From: Eledone cirrhosa
Taxonomy: Eukaryota
Length of the DNA stretch: 64,000 bases
NCBI GenBank assembly: GCA_964016885.1
Contig: OZ024740.1
Coordinates: 367,598,001 to 367,662,000 of the forward strand
Reading direction: 5' to 3'
This document shows, in pieces, positions 14,600 through 30,032 of this stretch. Every line of letters starts with the position of its first letter. The first letter of the stretch is position 1. Below the pieces are notes generated by a model that saw only the letters and a program-made list of their open reading frames with translations, was not told the origin of the DNA and did not search any database. The translations under genes were made by a program, and so were the position numbers.

Positions 14600-14790
14600 A
14601 TCTTCCGTCACATTCATTATACTTAAAACCTGAATCTACCAGACTACAAGAATAGATGCAACAGTGGAGCGAGTGCATGCTGCAATCTGTGGTTTAACTT
14701 ACAAGGCGTCATGTCTCGTGATTTAACAGACTACTTGTTTATAGAACAGTTCGAATACAACAACAGCACACATCATATTAGACGAATCAT
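14600..14790 (+). pseudogene. Possible decayed LTR-retrotransposon integrase fragment
   Basis: Broken frames read DATVERVHAAI and DYLFIEQFEYNNSTH, resembling the integrase core (G.VER.h, AYN.s.H). Confidence 0.35.
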
Positions 14791-15213
14791 ATATATGACG
14801 ATGTGTGTATATGTGTATGCCTTCATATGTTATTGTCATTCTGCAGATTTTCTAATGAATCTTTGATGGCAGAAATTTGTTCTTTCATCTTCATGTAAAT
14901 GCCACACAATTAAGCGGAAAATGCTTTTTCTACATCATATTTAATTTGATTAGCTTAAACCTGAAGATACATCGTATTTATATAACATAAAGAAATAATT
15001 AAGAATTCCTTACTAAAGTTAACGTTAACATTAAAAACATATAATAAATAACCTGCTTCGAGAAATATACATTGAACTATGGTGGTTCTGAGTTGATGGT
15101 AAATATGATAATAATAGTTGGATTAAGCACTTTAAGGAGTTGCCTTTTTGTGGTACAGGGATATTATTTCACTGATGTTCCTAGGTAGTGCTTTTCCATT
15201 GGATTTCACCCGA

Positions 15214-16067
15214 CTATCAAACTACCTATTAGACCGCTACGGCTATATGCGTTTACGAATCTGCAATTTCCTAAATAGTGTACTAAAGACGTGTTTTCTA
15301 TCAGTCTCACGTTTTATCCTGGCACTTCACATCCTAGGCATACTTTGGGGAAATTATTGTTATGGGTATCAACCAGGACATGTATTGGATGGTGAATATT
15401 TAAGTAAAAATAAAGGATTTTAGGTGACTTATCCTTTGGAGTGTACTCGGTGCGAATTGACAGGATATATTATTTCAGTTACTGAGACTTTTTGATAGTG
15501 TGGTAACCCAATCGTTTGTAAACCTTTCGTGGAGTTGATATTGGTCACAGGTTGTAGAAAGATCTGGAAGGCATCTAACAACAGCCAACGGACCGCTCAG
15601 AAACCTAACATAAAGAAATAAATGATCACAGGCCTGTCAGGCTCTAACAACTCAAACGAGGATTAGCATGAAAAAAAGTGCCCCAAAACGAGGAGAAATG
15701 AGGCAAAATTGAGAGATTTTACATAATGAAAGCTATACGCATTTTCACAAGAAAAGACATCTTTTACCGACTCCAAAGTGGTTGAAAAATCTCCCCGTTG
15801 TACGGGAAGAGTTGACATGTAGGTTTATGATCAATTCAATGACTAATCGTTTCTCATACCGCGCCAGCCAATTTTAGCTACCCACCCACTCACAAGATAC
15901 GGAGGCCACTTCAGGGACTATCACAAAACACAATCTATCAAACTACCTATTAGACCGTCACGGCTATATGCGTTTATGAATCTGCAATTTCCTAAATGGT
16001 GTACTAGAGAGGTGTGTCCTATCAGCCACACATTTTATCCTGGCACTTCACACCCTAGACATACTTT
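15214..16067 (+). repeat. Diverged ~130-bp direct repeat pair (15214-15345 and 15936-16067)
   Basis: Both copies begin CTATCAAACTACCTATTAGACCG and end CCTAG(G/A)CATACTTT. Confidence 0.75.
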
Positions 16068-17157
16068 CCAAAGAACAAACAAAATTTACAAAGCAGCACA
16101 GGCACATCGTCCATCCATTCAGTTATTACTGCTACAAGGCGTCTCCATTCCTAGCTAAAGCATCGAGAAAATTAACGTCACTAGAAGATCAGACTTGAGA
16201 TAACTTTGACTCACTTTTTTTACAATGGGAACACGTCTAAGAGACGTGTCTTAGACAAATCCCCCACAATATTCCCTCTAGCTCACCTCTCATACGATAC
16301 ACCCAGAAACGAGAGCCATTCGAGACCTTAGGAGTCTCTGAACAGCTGACATTCTCCGTAAAATTTAATTCATAGCAGCCAGTCTGGAGAAGAAGCCCAT
16401 CAAGTTATGGTGACTGATTTAGCGGGTGTCACTCGTCATTGTCCGCAGAAATGCCTTTGTAATTTCCTTCGGGGGCGCAACCGAAACACTACTGTAACCT
16501 TGGTGTAGGTTATACCACCCTCTCGTTTTCCCTCCTTTTTTTCATTTATATACTTGTTCTTGCTTTTCTACTCATATTCCTTTCATATATGATATTTATA
16601 GTCCTTTCAAATACTGCTTTCGTTTTCTCTATTTTTAACCAATTTATAGTTATATCAACCATGAATTTATTAAACAAATATATAATTAAGGCCAGTACTA
16701 CTAGGAAGCCATACCATATGTATATATTGTAATATATTGTATCATTTTATATTTGCATATATATAATTGCGTAATTCTCTATACTTATCTGTTGCAATAT
16801 TCTCATTTCTTCACTCACTGGTGCCACCTCACTCCCATCACCCTATAAGTCATAATCATACATCATATTTGAAACAGAAAAAAAAAGAAAAAACAAAGAA
16901 GAAATATTCGCTTTTTATAGTCTTCATTAAAATTTCTAATTCGAATGCTCGCACTATAAATAATAGGTAGCATTTTCTAACTAATACGAAACGCGATTAA
17001 ATGTTGAAGGATGATCAGTTGTGTGTTTGTATTCATATGTTTACAAAATGACGTAAAACTAATATAGAAAAATGGTTGACGAACATACACGTTCATATAC
17101 ACATACATACTTACAAGCATACATACATTCATTTTCTCTCCATCTCCCCCCACCCTT

Positions 17158-17261
<104 letters not shown>

Positions 17262-17304
17262 TAAATATACACGGGTGTGTATGATTGTGTATAGAAGATT
17301 ATAT

Positions 17305-17620
<316 letters not shown>

Positions 17621-18336
17621 AATGTATATATAAAATATAATGTGTGTGTATACGTGTATGTATGTGTACATATATGTGTCCCCCATATATATATACATCA
17701 TGCATATAGGTGTGTGGGTGTGGGTGTACGTGGGTGCGCGCGGGTGTGTGTGTGTGTATATAAAGAGATGCTGGAGAGAAGAAAGAGAGAAAGTGAAAGG
17801 TAGAGAAAGAGTGTGAACAAGGATGAGCGCGTATTGAAGAATTGCAATAAGCACTCTTTTATTACGAAAACGCAAACAATGCCATGGTAATACTTCTTTA
17901 TATTTATATATCACGAATTACGAAAAGAGCATTAAATATTATCAAAGTGAAAAGAAAAAAAAAGAAGAGAGAATAATTCCTCTAGAAACATCAGTAAATA
18001 CAAAAAAGAAAGATATAAACAAAACTAGACAAATCTATATGATACAAAATAAATCCTGAAAAGTCTAAAAAATAAACGACTATAAAAATGATAAAATTCT
18101 GAAATGGCAGATATGAAAGCTAATGTTTCCTAATAGCATAGAATAGTATTCTTAATTGGATTACACATATACGCACACGCACACATATTCATTCATTTAC
18201 AGGTATAGAAACAATCGCATGCGTAGATGCGCGCACACACACACAAACACCTACATTGAATTTTTCATATCCACTACGCTCGCTTAAATAAGTACGTACA
18301 CAAAGACACACATTCACATGCACATAGACCCCCCCC

Positions 18337-18402
<66 letters not shown>

Positions 18403-18456
18403 CACACACACAAACATAGACACGCACACACACACACACACACAAACATAGACACG

Positions 18457-18488
<32 letters not shown>

Positions 18489-18794
18489 CACGCTTTCATG
18501 CAAATATTGATGTACATACATTTATTGATACGCAAATACATAATCTATAGCGGGAGCCTAGTTATATATGAATTCGTATATATATGTATATGCGTGTGTG
18601 TGTGAGAGCCTTATATGTTTATATGCTTCTGAAATGGCATAACTGCATAACACTTATTAAAATGTATTAATATATGAATATATGATGACAACGCAGTTAT
18701 CTATAGCATTAACAATATTAATCAGGTTAGAATAGAATTATTTAAAATACGTCTGATATTATGAACTACATGAATTGTTACTAACTCGTATAAC

Positions 18795-19400
18795 GAAACT
18801 ACTAACTTGGATAATCCACCTTGAAAGAACATTCTTCAAATTACTTGAAACATTCTTTCCCGTAATCAACACAAATTTCACTAATCTATCGTACTCATAT
18901 AACAAAAACGTCGAACATATAGCCAACACTATTTCCGATATAATTTATCCAATACACAAAACATACAAAAGCCGCAAAACCAGGTTAACTTCCCAAACGT
19001 AATCAACAATACTGCTTGGTATAGTTGGATTGCTACCGTAACAAGAACCAACAATCCACAAAACCAAAGTTTCTTGATATGCTCACCAGCGAGCCCGTTT
19101 AAACGACTTTATTATAAATCGTAACACAGAGACAGACATACACTGACACAAATGATAATTAAAAAAATTGATACACCTTTATCCCTACACATATTGTTCT
19201 TAAAATCCAAGAATACATACAAACAATAAACTATGACATGGGTTCATAGAATATTCCGCAATCCAACTTAAAACTCCTCAACTTCAATTAGGGACATGAA
19301 TATCTGTAATCATAAATATTTCCGGGCATTGAAATTATTTTACGTTATAGAGTACATACACCAAGAAACAAAATTCCTAACAACCCCCTTGACTACAAAA
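18795..19400 (+). pseudogene. Highly decayed PLE C-terminal region
   Basis: RTFFKLLETFFP..NLSYSY parallels KLFFKALDKSFP..KLTYSS of the 27124-28395 ORF. Confidence 0.55.
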
Positions 19401-19556
19401 TATACATTAACAGGTATGTTTTGTATGCGATGCGCTTATGTATTTGATTGTGCCCATCTACGTCTGAGCCTGTACCCTAAGTGCATGTGTATGGGGTCGA
19501 GGGCGTATGCATATAAATAATGTTCCCTGTATGTACTCCTACACACATACACACCA

Positions 19557-19631
<75 letters not shown>

Positions 19632-19814
19632 TATGCCTGATGTGTACTTTTAAGTTCGAAATGCAACGACGTTTATCCCCCTTGCTTCTGCTAGACACCG
19701 CTCTACGGCGTTGACTGCCAGTGTCCTAGTTATAGCTGTGGCTTTCAAAATGTAAATTCATAAACATACCGTATGTCGTTAGATATGCGCGCGCATATAT
19801 ATATAAGGAAAAGT

Positions 19815-19861
19815 CTTCTACAGGACTAGAACTCTTTCATTCGTGAGAAATCATCAGGAAG
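19815..19861 (-). ncRNA. Hammerhead motif with degenerate stem III in a short pseudo-LTR fragment
   Basis: Minus strand: CTTC-CTGATGA-tttc tcac gaat-GAAA-gagttctagtcctg-TA-GAAG. Confidence 0.55.
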
Positions 19862-20019
19862 CCGACTGTCCACAGGGTGTACCGAAAAGATATATACACA
19901 CATCACACATTAATTACCTGTATAGGCAATATTTATTAGAAAGCTGTTGAAGTGTGTATATATCTTAGGACACACACACACAGATACATACCCACCACAC
20001 ACATAGCCCCCCCCCCCCC

Positions 20020-20050
<31 letters not shown>

Positions 20051-20052
<2 letters not shown>

Positions 20053-20946
20053 GGGAGATATATTTTAATTATGTCTCATATAAAATAATACTACTGGCCC
20101 TCCGCAAAATACATATAGTTAGCACCCCAAACGTAAAATTGGGATTATACTAAGGTATATCCTAATGTTTGTTGAGTGAGATGGAAGCCAGTCAGAGTAT
20201 AGCTTAAGGCTTTCTCTTTTAATTTATTGAATATTATACTCTTGATTTGGCCTGAGATGAATACTTCCAGATACCTTTTAAGCGTAAATTTCCGTATTTA
20301 TTATTACTATGAAATATTGATTGTTATTCTGGTATCATATCTCTGTTTTTAGCCTAAGAAAATACCTGTATGCGTGTATAAATAATACATGCATATATTT
20401 TTTTTTTAAAATCTAATTGAGTTCTTCACACGCAAGGTTAAAATTGTTGAAAAAATTAATTGACCCACGTGTATATTATTTTAAATCCTTGTGTTTCGCG
20501 ATTACCTCCCCTTTCCGCTTGAAGACAGTGTGAGATTCCTCATTCTGAGACTGCTGGAATTTCAAATTTAGCGGTCATTCTGATACGGAGAGAGACCATC
20601 GCTGACATGGGATTAAACATCGGTAAGAGAGTTTTTTTATATCGATGTTTGACGGGCATCCACTGATGATTTATAAGTGCCCACCTGCATATATTCCTAT
20701 GGAATGTGTGAAGGATTCTACATAACCCGGACACATTCTCCCAACTTGTAGAAAACTTATAATGAAACAATTGTTTGGAAAAGGAGATATATTTTAATTA
20801 TGTCTCCTATAAAATAATACTATTCGCCTTCCGCAAAATACATATAGTTAGTACCTCAAACGTAAAATTGGGATTATACTAAGGTATATCCTAATGTTTG
20901 TTGAGTGAGATGGAAGCCAGTCAGAGTATAGCTTAAGGCTTTCTCT
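20051..20946 (+). mobile_element. Non-coding terminally redundant HHR element (retrozyme-like), 729-nt period
   Basis: Direct repeats 20054-20217 and 20783-20946. The HHR lies immediately before the second repeat. A related fragment lies at 46708-46910 (-). Confidence 0.8.
20659..20779 (+). ncRNA. Type-I hammerhead ribozyme with large insert in stem-loop II
   Basis: TCCA-CTGATGA-tTTATAAGT...ACTTATAAt-GAAA-C AATT G-TT-TGGA. Confidence 0.82.
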
Positions 20947-21057
20947 GTTAATGTATTGTATATATTTATATATACATTTGTACGTATGGATTATATGGAA
21001 CATTAAGCGTAATATTCGATATGACCCATACGTACATCATATGTGTATAGATGTGTG

Positions 21058-21251
<194 letters not shown>

Positions 21252-24200
21252 GGGGTGGGTGGGTGTGTGTAAGTATGCATAGTTACATTTATGTATCAGC
21301 GCTGTGCTAGAGCAAAACATATATTTATAATTTTATTTCTAGTAATTAAGTAGTTTTGGGATTAATAGATGTGCAATGGGTTAGTACATAATTATTATCA
21401 AGCAAGTTACTCACTCTTAAATAACAGAACATCTGGAGTAGAAAACATAAAGTAGACTGATAATGATAGTGTGCAGAATTATGATAGTGACATGTTCAAA
21501 CCTAAAAAAAGCGATGTAATTCTCTTGCGGTTTTTTTAATAGCTCTCGAAATAACTTTATGACACCATTTAAAACAATATGAGTTTCGTAGTCTCTACTT
21601 AATACTATTTCTTTCGATTCAAGTAACTATTGGGTCGTCAAGTATGAAATTTATAGAAATTTCTTTTTTTTATCTACAAATTTCTACTAATTTCATACTT
21701 GACACTGAAGCGAAAAAAACGGTTAGTGATACAAACATACTTCTTATTAGGAGTTTAAGTATTTGTTTTCTAAACTACTAGGATCAATGGAATGTATGCT
21801 TAAACGGTTAGAATTATGTTTTTAATCTAGTTGTATCCATGAATTCTTCTGAAAGCAATTATTAATATGTTTTACTGGATTATTGATTAAGGAGGTGCTG
21901 AGTTAGCAGATTTGTTAAAAGATCAGATAATATATTTCGAATTATTCTCTCCGTCTCTATATATTCTGAGTTTAAATTCAGCCAAGTCAACTTTGCTTTT
22001 CAAGGCACTCGTCCACATATTTTCAGTGGGCATGGGGCAGTTATTCCTATTCAAGCTCTTCAGGCCACCCATGTATTGTGCTTAGCCGAATCAGCAGAGT
22101 TTAACCCGTCCTTCCTCGAATTATATGCGAGGAAGTACTTAGTACCCCAGTGACAGTAAAGCAAACAACTACTGATAGATTAACAAAATCTATAACGTTT
22201 TCATGAATGAGTGGATAAAGTGAACAGTACATTGAAATGAGAAAAATATATTTAATGTGTAACATAACCAAATGGTTTTCCTCTTAGTCAGCGAACATTG
22301 ACGAATCAATGAACATAGATGTTATTAATAATTGTGATCTTTATAAATGGCTTTGGATTCTGTCTACAGAGTATAACTATATAAGAATATCTCGACAAAA
22401 AATATTATTACATTATTTGTAAACATACAAAATCCACTGATCTTAATCTTGTTAGTGTAGTAGAGACTTTTGGTTTAATTGTAAGCCATGTATAAGGAGT
22501 TAAATGTTTATGATGTTAAATGGAATGTAGTGGCTCTTCCAAGTGAATTAGTCATGTGCATAAGCTGATCGACTTCAAGAAGAATACACAACTGATGCAA
22601 GGATGTCATTTCGCAGAGCCTTTCTTCAATTATTATAGCATATGACTACATTAATGGTCTAGAAAAGTTATAACCATATGTTAGAGCTTAATTTGCTCAT
22701 GATGCAAACATTGGTGTTGCATACTCGAGATTTTACATTTTATCTTGAAACAAACACTGAATCGCATCAAGCTATTAATATTATGTATTTGAATATATTT
22801 ATAGCATGGTTATTTCACATAAATATGGCAATTCTATATAGAATTTATATGCAGCAAAACAGAGTGAACATGTTTGTAATCTAGGTTTTAAAAAGTGCGA
22901 TAATGGCAGTCATTCTACATCTGTATTGTAATTTGAAAGTATCAATCTATGGATTTTATTATTTATACAGAGACATTTTAAACGCTATGTTGGTTTTGAT
23001 GACCTAGGATTAAAGGTTGTCAAAGTACATTATAAAGCCTTTCCCTTGTCATTTAAATATTCCATTAAATTTGTCGCCTCAATTGTTATTGAATCATCAA
23101 ATTTGTGGAAGCGAAACGTAAATTTATTCCGTGTTGTGAATTCTGTGATTTATATCAATATGGATTATTGATAAAATTATCGAGTGTTATGACATTCACA
23201 GACTTGGGTACATAAAATGACATACAGCTCTCTGAGTATGTTGTGGCAGACTCGTCAAAACTAATTACTTGTAAAGTTGGTTAAGATGTCTCTCCCTCAC
23301 ACACACACACACGTACGAACGCACACACACACACACACATACACACACACACATATACACACACATACACACATACACACATACACACACACATACACAC
23401 ATACCCCCCAACACCCCACACCCCACACACAGATATATATATAATATACATTCTTATATAAGTTCAGAGTTTTGTCTGTCTTCACGTTAGATGTTAATGC
23501 CTCCAGCTTGATTTTATAGATCAAATCGATTTTCACTTTATGTAATCCGTCTGATATATTGTTGATCTAAAATAATGGGGCAACGGTTGGGACATCAAAC
23601 AATGTTGATGAAATATAGGCTCCATGTTCAATGCCTGCTATAGCTTAAGATTAATAAAAGTAGACCGTTCGAGTGAATATTTCTATATCCATCACATTCG
23701 AGATAGAACAAGATAATACCTTGGCTGCTATACAGATATTATGTACATGAACACTGGGAAATTAGTTAGGCTTTAGATACAATAACCATGTGGTGTCCAT
23801 TCCATTCCCTAGATGATTCCGTTTTAAACTGAATTGAAATTGAATTTCAACTGTGTTCTGATACTACGAGAGAAAAGGGCCATTGCAGCGTCCATAAGTG
23901 ATCAACGTCTTGCTTCAAAACATGTAGGAAATTTTGACCTACGAGGCGAGTAAACGCTTTGTGTGGTGCTTTTTGTTACCAATGAAAGTACTGATATATA
24001 ATATCTTACTGATATGTCAATAGAAAGACAATATTGATGATCATACCAAAACCAATTTATTTCAGAAATCCATCTCCATATATTGCCCAAATATAATTTA
24101 AATGGATGTAATCATAGTTTTCAAGCGAAACATATGGATATTTGAACATAGCAATAATTTGTAAGAATTTTAACTGCTTTTAAAACAAGTGCTGCTTAAG

Positions 24201-25580
24201 GTATAACACAGTATAAGTAAGGGATAGTTATTTTGTCATTATACTACTAATGTGGCGAGCTACAGCTGTTTCTAAATATTGATCGTACTAGCAAATATTT
24301 CATTTCATCATGTTCTAGCAAGAAGGATATAAGTTGTTAACGTACCGAGAGCAAACGGGTAAAGGCAGGTTTTTGTACCAAAAGGAATTCAGGAAAAGCC
24401 TTATGAATTTTACTTATTAAATAAATTAAGAATATTAGCTACAGGAAAAGAGAGCTGCGGATTACCACTATAAACAAGATATCACTCTTCAGGTATTGAA
24501 ATGTAAAGCAAAATAAAAGTTTAAAGAATTTATAATTCAAGATAAAGAAATTAAAATATTATTTAAGATACATTACCTTCAAAAACATTGCCAATTATCA
24601 TGTGGAGAAAATATCTGGCATTAATAACAGTTCTTAATATGATTTTGAATGTCAATATTATCGTGTCTGCCGGCAAGGCTCCAAGAAATGCAGCTGTGAT
24701 AGTTACCAATGAAAGATGATTATTAAACCTGGTCAGTCAAACAACCGCCAGATTAACCTATCTATTCAAACAGTGTTGAATCCTTTACTAAAATTTGTAA
24801 CGATAATTTTAGGTTTAAAATTACTTATATTAATGAAGTACTGGAACATTTGAGTAGGTTGATAAAATGCTCAAATATATAATACTGCATTTCAATAGTT
24901 TGTTAAAAATAAACTTGCCATGTATAACAGTAGTTTGCAAGTGAATTACGTTTTAGATTATACTTTGATCTGAAATATAGCTAAACACCATGGAGATTGC
25001 AAATTAAATTATGAAGATGATATATATATAACCAAAACTGCATTTTAGTTCGTAGACTATCAACATCTATTCTTGCTAGAAACAAATTTGTTTTACATTG
25101 CCGCTATATGAACATGCGCATGTAACTATGCTTCAAGCTATAATAATTATTTCTGAAAATGAAAATGTTTTGCAGTACACTTTTACTCATTAAGAAATTT
25201 GAGAGACAGAGTTAATTGATTTAAATTCAGATACTTTAAAACGAAAATCTACCTCTTATTAGTGAGGCTTATTGTATAGATAAACCATCATATGCATGAG
25301 AAACGGTAACATATGAAAGGTAACGATAACAGCTGCCAAACTATCAAATAGTTCACTTCATATTTCAGTTGCATAAGTACATGCAGATAACAATATCAGC
25401 AAATCACTATGCAATTGAATATTCTTTCATTTAATCTTAGTATCTTACGATATATGATGTTCAAATAATTGCCATTCTAATAGAAAAAAATGTGGTTTAA
25501 CGCGAGAGAAACTATTAAAATACGCAATCTGAGTCTCCAAGCAATTTTCAAAATACTCACTAATTTGTACAGATATATAT

Positions 25581-25641
<61 letters not shown>

Positions 25642-25912
25642 AAAGTTCTATTTAAATTGTTGGGATACAACAAGTAAATATTTTTATAACTGATATAAAG
25701 CACTCAACAAGTATTTGGAGTAAACATACGATATTAACAAATGGAAACTATATTTATAAAACCATATTTATTTCATTATACATATTTCAAGGACACAAAG
25801 TTAAATTAATAATAATATAAGTAAACAACTCCACTATCCCAGAGCTTCCAACAGTAATGGTTGCATTTTTTAAGGGTATGTCAATATTTATTTATAAAAC
25901 TGATCTATATTA

Positions 25913-25977
25913 TATTTTGTCTGATGAAAGCACACCATAATTTAACTTGGTGTCCTTGAAATATGTATAATGAAATA
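25913..25977 (+). ncRNA. Type-I hammerhead ribozyme in 5' pLTR
   Basis: TATTTTGT-CTGATGA-aagcacacca..tggtgtcctt-GAAA-T atgt A-TA-ATGAAATA. Confidence 0.8.
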
Positions 25978-26155
25978 AATATGGTTTTATAAATATAGTT
26001 TCCATTTGTTAATATCGTATGTTTACTCCAAATACTTGTTGAGTGCTTTATATCAGTTATAAAAATATTTGCTTGTTGTATCCCAACAATTTAAATAGAA
26101 CTTTTGCATATATTCTGCTCCTGTATTGTCGAGCACTTTATATTATAACTGAAAA

Positions 26156-28395
26156 ATGGAATTCTTTAAGATCTCTTCTTCTCTAAAAGACATACCTTTA
26201 CCTAGGAATAAAGATTTTATTAAACATTTAATAGAAAAATCAGACTCTTTTATAAGAAAAATCAGATGGCGTGCTTTCCACTTCGATAAACCTAATCTAA
26301 ATGAAATGTTTCCAATCTGGATAAAATCTTCAAATCTAAAAAAAATCCACCCCCCAACAAACTACTAATGGATTTTGAAAATGATATCATATCTATCATC
26401 CAAAGCATCAAATTCAAAAACAATTTCAAAGGCCAGGATTACTTAAGAAATATTAAAAATAATATTGAAAACTTGGAGAGAACGGAGAAAATTCCCGTCA
26501 GGTCTGACAAAACCAATAATTTTTATGGAATACAAAAGGACATCTATAACAACCTTATATTAAAGGAATTAATGAAGAAATACAAAGTAGCAAATAAAGA
26601 CGACCTTGAAAAATTGAATACAGATGCCTCTTATATAATGCATGAACTAGGCATTGAAAATAGGACACAACCCTTCATGCCAAGGAAACCTAAGATTAAT
26701 ATGAAGGATCATAAAAGGAACTTCGAAACTGATTTACCAGTCAGATTAATTGCACCATCTAAATCGGACCTTGGCAGACTTAGAGAAAATATTCTGGACA
26801 GAATAATACCACAAATTAAAAATTTATCTGATTTATCTTATTTAAAATTATGGAAAGGAACTAGTGAAGTTATCGATTGGTTTAAAGAAATTAAATATAA
26901 CTATAAATATAAGTTTATAATTATAACTATAATAATAAGTTTATATTGCTAACTATTACTCATCTATCACTCCTAATCTACTGAATAAGGCACTTACGCA
27001 TTTAAACATACAGACATAACTAACAATGAAATGCACATTATATTATCGGCACGGAAAACATTAATATAATTTAATAACCAACTCTGGACTAGGGCAGATA
27101 GAAATAATAATTTCGATATAACTATGGGATCTTCCGACTCCGCTCAGATAACAGATCTTGTGGGCCTATTTATAATTAATTCTCTACATAGAAAAATACC
27201 TGAGATAACCGGACGTTTATATCGTGACGACATGCTTTTACTTATAGAAAATAATAACTGTGAACTAAATAGAAAAAGAAAACAAATTATACAATTTTTT
27301 AATTACCTTAATCTAAAAGTAGAAATAGAGAATAACCATAAAATAGTCAATTTTCTAGATGTAACACTAAATCTTAACACATGTCTTCATTATCCATTTC
27401 ACAAACTAAATGAGAACTTAAATTATGTCAATTTTAAATCTAATCACCCCAGATCCGTTAAAAATACTATAGTGAACTCTGTACAAGAACGAATTTCGAG
27501 AATTTCAGCTAATAAGAATATATTTGATGAAAAAGCACATTATTACAACGAAGCGTTAGGTAGAGCTGGGTATAGAAATAAAATTAAATACATCGATAAT
27601 AATAATAATATAACAACTAACCATAATCATATCAATTTTAACTATGGTAACAATTTTAACAACTATAATAGAAAACTTTACATTATTTCCGAAAGCCGAA
27701 AAAGAAATAGAACTAGGAACATATTATGGTTCGCTCCTCCTTTCTCATTAAATATTAAAACCCCAATTGCTAAACTATTTTTTAAAGCTCTTGACAAAAG
27801 CTTCCCTAGAACACATAGATATTACTTAATTTGTAATAGACATACTATAAAATTAACTTATTCTTCTACCAAAAATTTAGCGCAAAATATTAATAGAATT
27901 AATAATAGAAATTTAAAACCTAACCAAAATACCAATAATAACCCAAGCAATATTCAATCTGATAAATGTAACTGTAGAAATAAATCTAACTGTCCGTTAA
28001 ATAACAATTGCTTAGCTAAAAACGTAGTATATAATTGTAATGTAAAAACTAATTTAAATTCATTTAATTATGTCGGATCTACCTCCACAGAGTTTAAATC
28101 GCGCTTCAATAATCATAAAACTTCTTTTACAGATCCAAACAAAAAATCTTCAACCTCTCTATCTAGCCTATTATGGGACCTAAAACTAGAGAACGTTGAA
28201 TATTTGTTGATTTGGAATATTATTTCAAAAGCTACTCCATTTAACTCCTCTTCAGAAAATTACGATCTTTGTATAGAGGAAATATATTTTATATTAAAGA
28301 CCAAAAATTCCCTGAACTTAAGGAATAATTTATTCAGTTGCTGCAGACATAGATTAAACTCAACGTTTAAATATAAATACAAATTTAAAATGTAG
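26156..28395 (+). pseudogene. PLE RT + GIY-YIG polyprotein with a few frameshifts/stops
   Basis: IRWRAF, RSDKTNNFY, VRLIAPSKS, MGSSDSAQITDLVG, LYRDD, VNFLDVTLNL, WFAPPFS, CNCRNKSNCPL, VVYNC..YVGST..FKSRFNNH. Confidence 0.95.
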
Positions 28396-29928
28396 TGTAT
28401 AATTAATTAATTAATTTTATTAATATGTGAAACCTGTCGATAAATCATTAGATTCCTTCATCTTTTTGACTGATTAAACTCTCAAGTATAAATAACTTTT
28501 CTTCCTAAATATAGATAAATATAAATATAATAAACTATTCTAGAGAAATATATTGAGAGCTCTTGAAAGGAGAAAATATTTCCTATTTCTTATGTTTATT
28601 TTTTTAATTGTTTTTTTTTATTTATTTTTTTATTTTTTTATTTATTTATTTTTTTTATTTTATTATTATTTTTTTTTAATTGTTTTTTTATTGTTTTTTT
28701 TATTGTTTTCTTATTGTTCTGATAGCTTCTCCTATTTTCGAAAGTTTATCCTTTCAATATTTTGAGTTAAATATACGTAAGATAAATTTCTATACTAAAT
28801 CTATTAAACATACCATTATTTTGAAATTATAACTTAAAATATTCTATAATATTTAAAAATTGTATTGCATTTAAAGTTATATTGCTATAATTATATTTCC
28901 AAATTGTAATATAATCCTTTTGTATTTTATGTACTCAATTATACTATGTACTGTATTGATGTATACTTCTCTCTATATGTGAGTATATATGTATATGTGT
29001 ATATTGACATACATGTACATATGTTCTATGCGTTTTTATGAATATATGTCTGTCTGTATGTATATGTATGCGTGATGCATATCTACCTATTGGCTGAGGG
29101 TACACACACATGTATATATATGTATATGTGAGAATTATGTATGTGCATGTGCATGTATATCCATACAATTTGATAGCACTTATGTATAGTGTTTATCCCA
29201 ATGATAATTAACAGCCATAAATACATAACAGGTAATCTTATTTAATAACATAAAGTGTGTATAACATTAAATTAAAGAATCCTTTATGCTTTGTGTGTAT
29301 ATATTATATACGTAGTTAGATATGGTATGTATTTTATAAGTGTGTATATATATTTATATGTATTTTTGCGTGTGTACGTGTTATATGATATGTAGTTCTC
29401 TAGCAATATATGGACTTCTTAATGTATAGATCCCAATTTTTAATATATTGATCTCAATTTTTAAATGATTAACTAAACATCTAATCATATTTAAACAATG
29501 ATTAATTTCTCATATTATATATGTATATTCCATTCATGATTATTAACATTTCTAATTTTATTTATTCATTTCATCTCAATTGTTAAATTAACTCAACAAG
29601 ATATGACTTAATGTTTTCGTTCTCTCCCCTTCTCTCTGTCTCCTCTATCTATCTATATCTTTCTCTCTCTGTTGTTTTGGTATCTCTCTCTCTTTTCTCT
29701 CTTTTTTTTCTCTCTTTTGTTTTCTTTCTTTTTTTTTCTTTCTTTCTCTCTTTTTCTCTCTCTCCTTCCTTTTCTTTCTCTATACCCCAACGGCTTATTT
29801 TAAAAATAAAAATATCCAATACTAATAATAATATAAGTAAACAACTCCACTATCCGGGAGCTTCCAACAGTAATGGTTGCATTTTTTAAGGGTATGTCAA
29901 TATTTATTTATAAAACTGATCTATATTA

Positions 29929-29993
29929 TATTTTGTCTGATGAAAGCACACCATAATTTAACTTGGTGTCCTTGAAATATGCATAATGAAATA
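29929..29993 (+). ncRNA. Type-I hammerhead ribozyme in 3' pLTR
   Basis: Same motif as 25913-25977, located 4016 nt downstream. Confidence 0.8.
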
Positions 29994-30032
29994 AATATGG
30001 TTTTATAAATATAGTTTCCATTTGTTAATATC

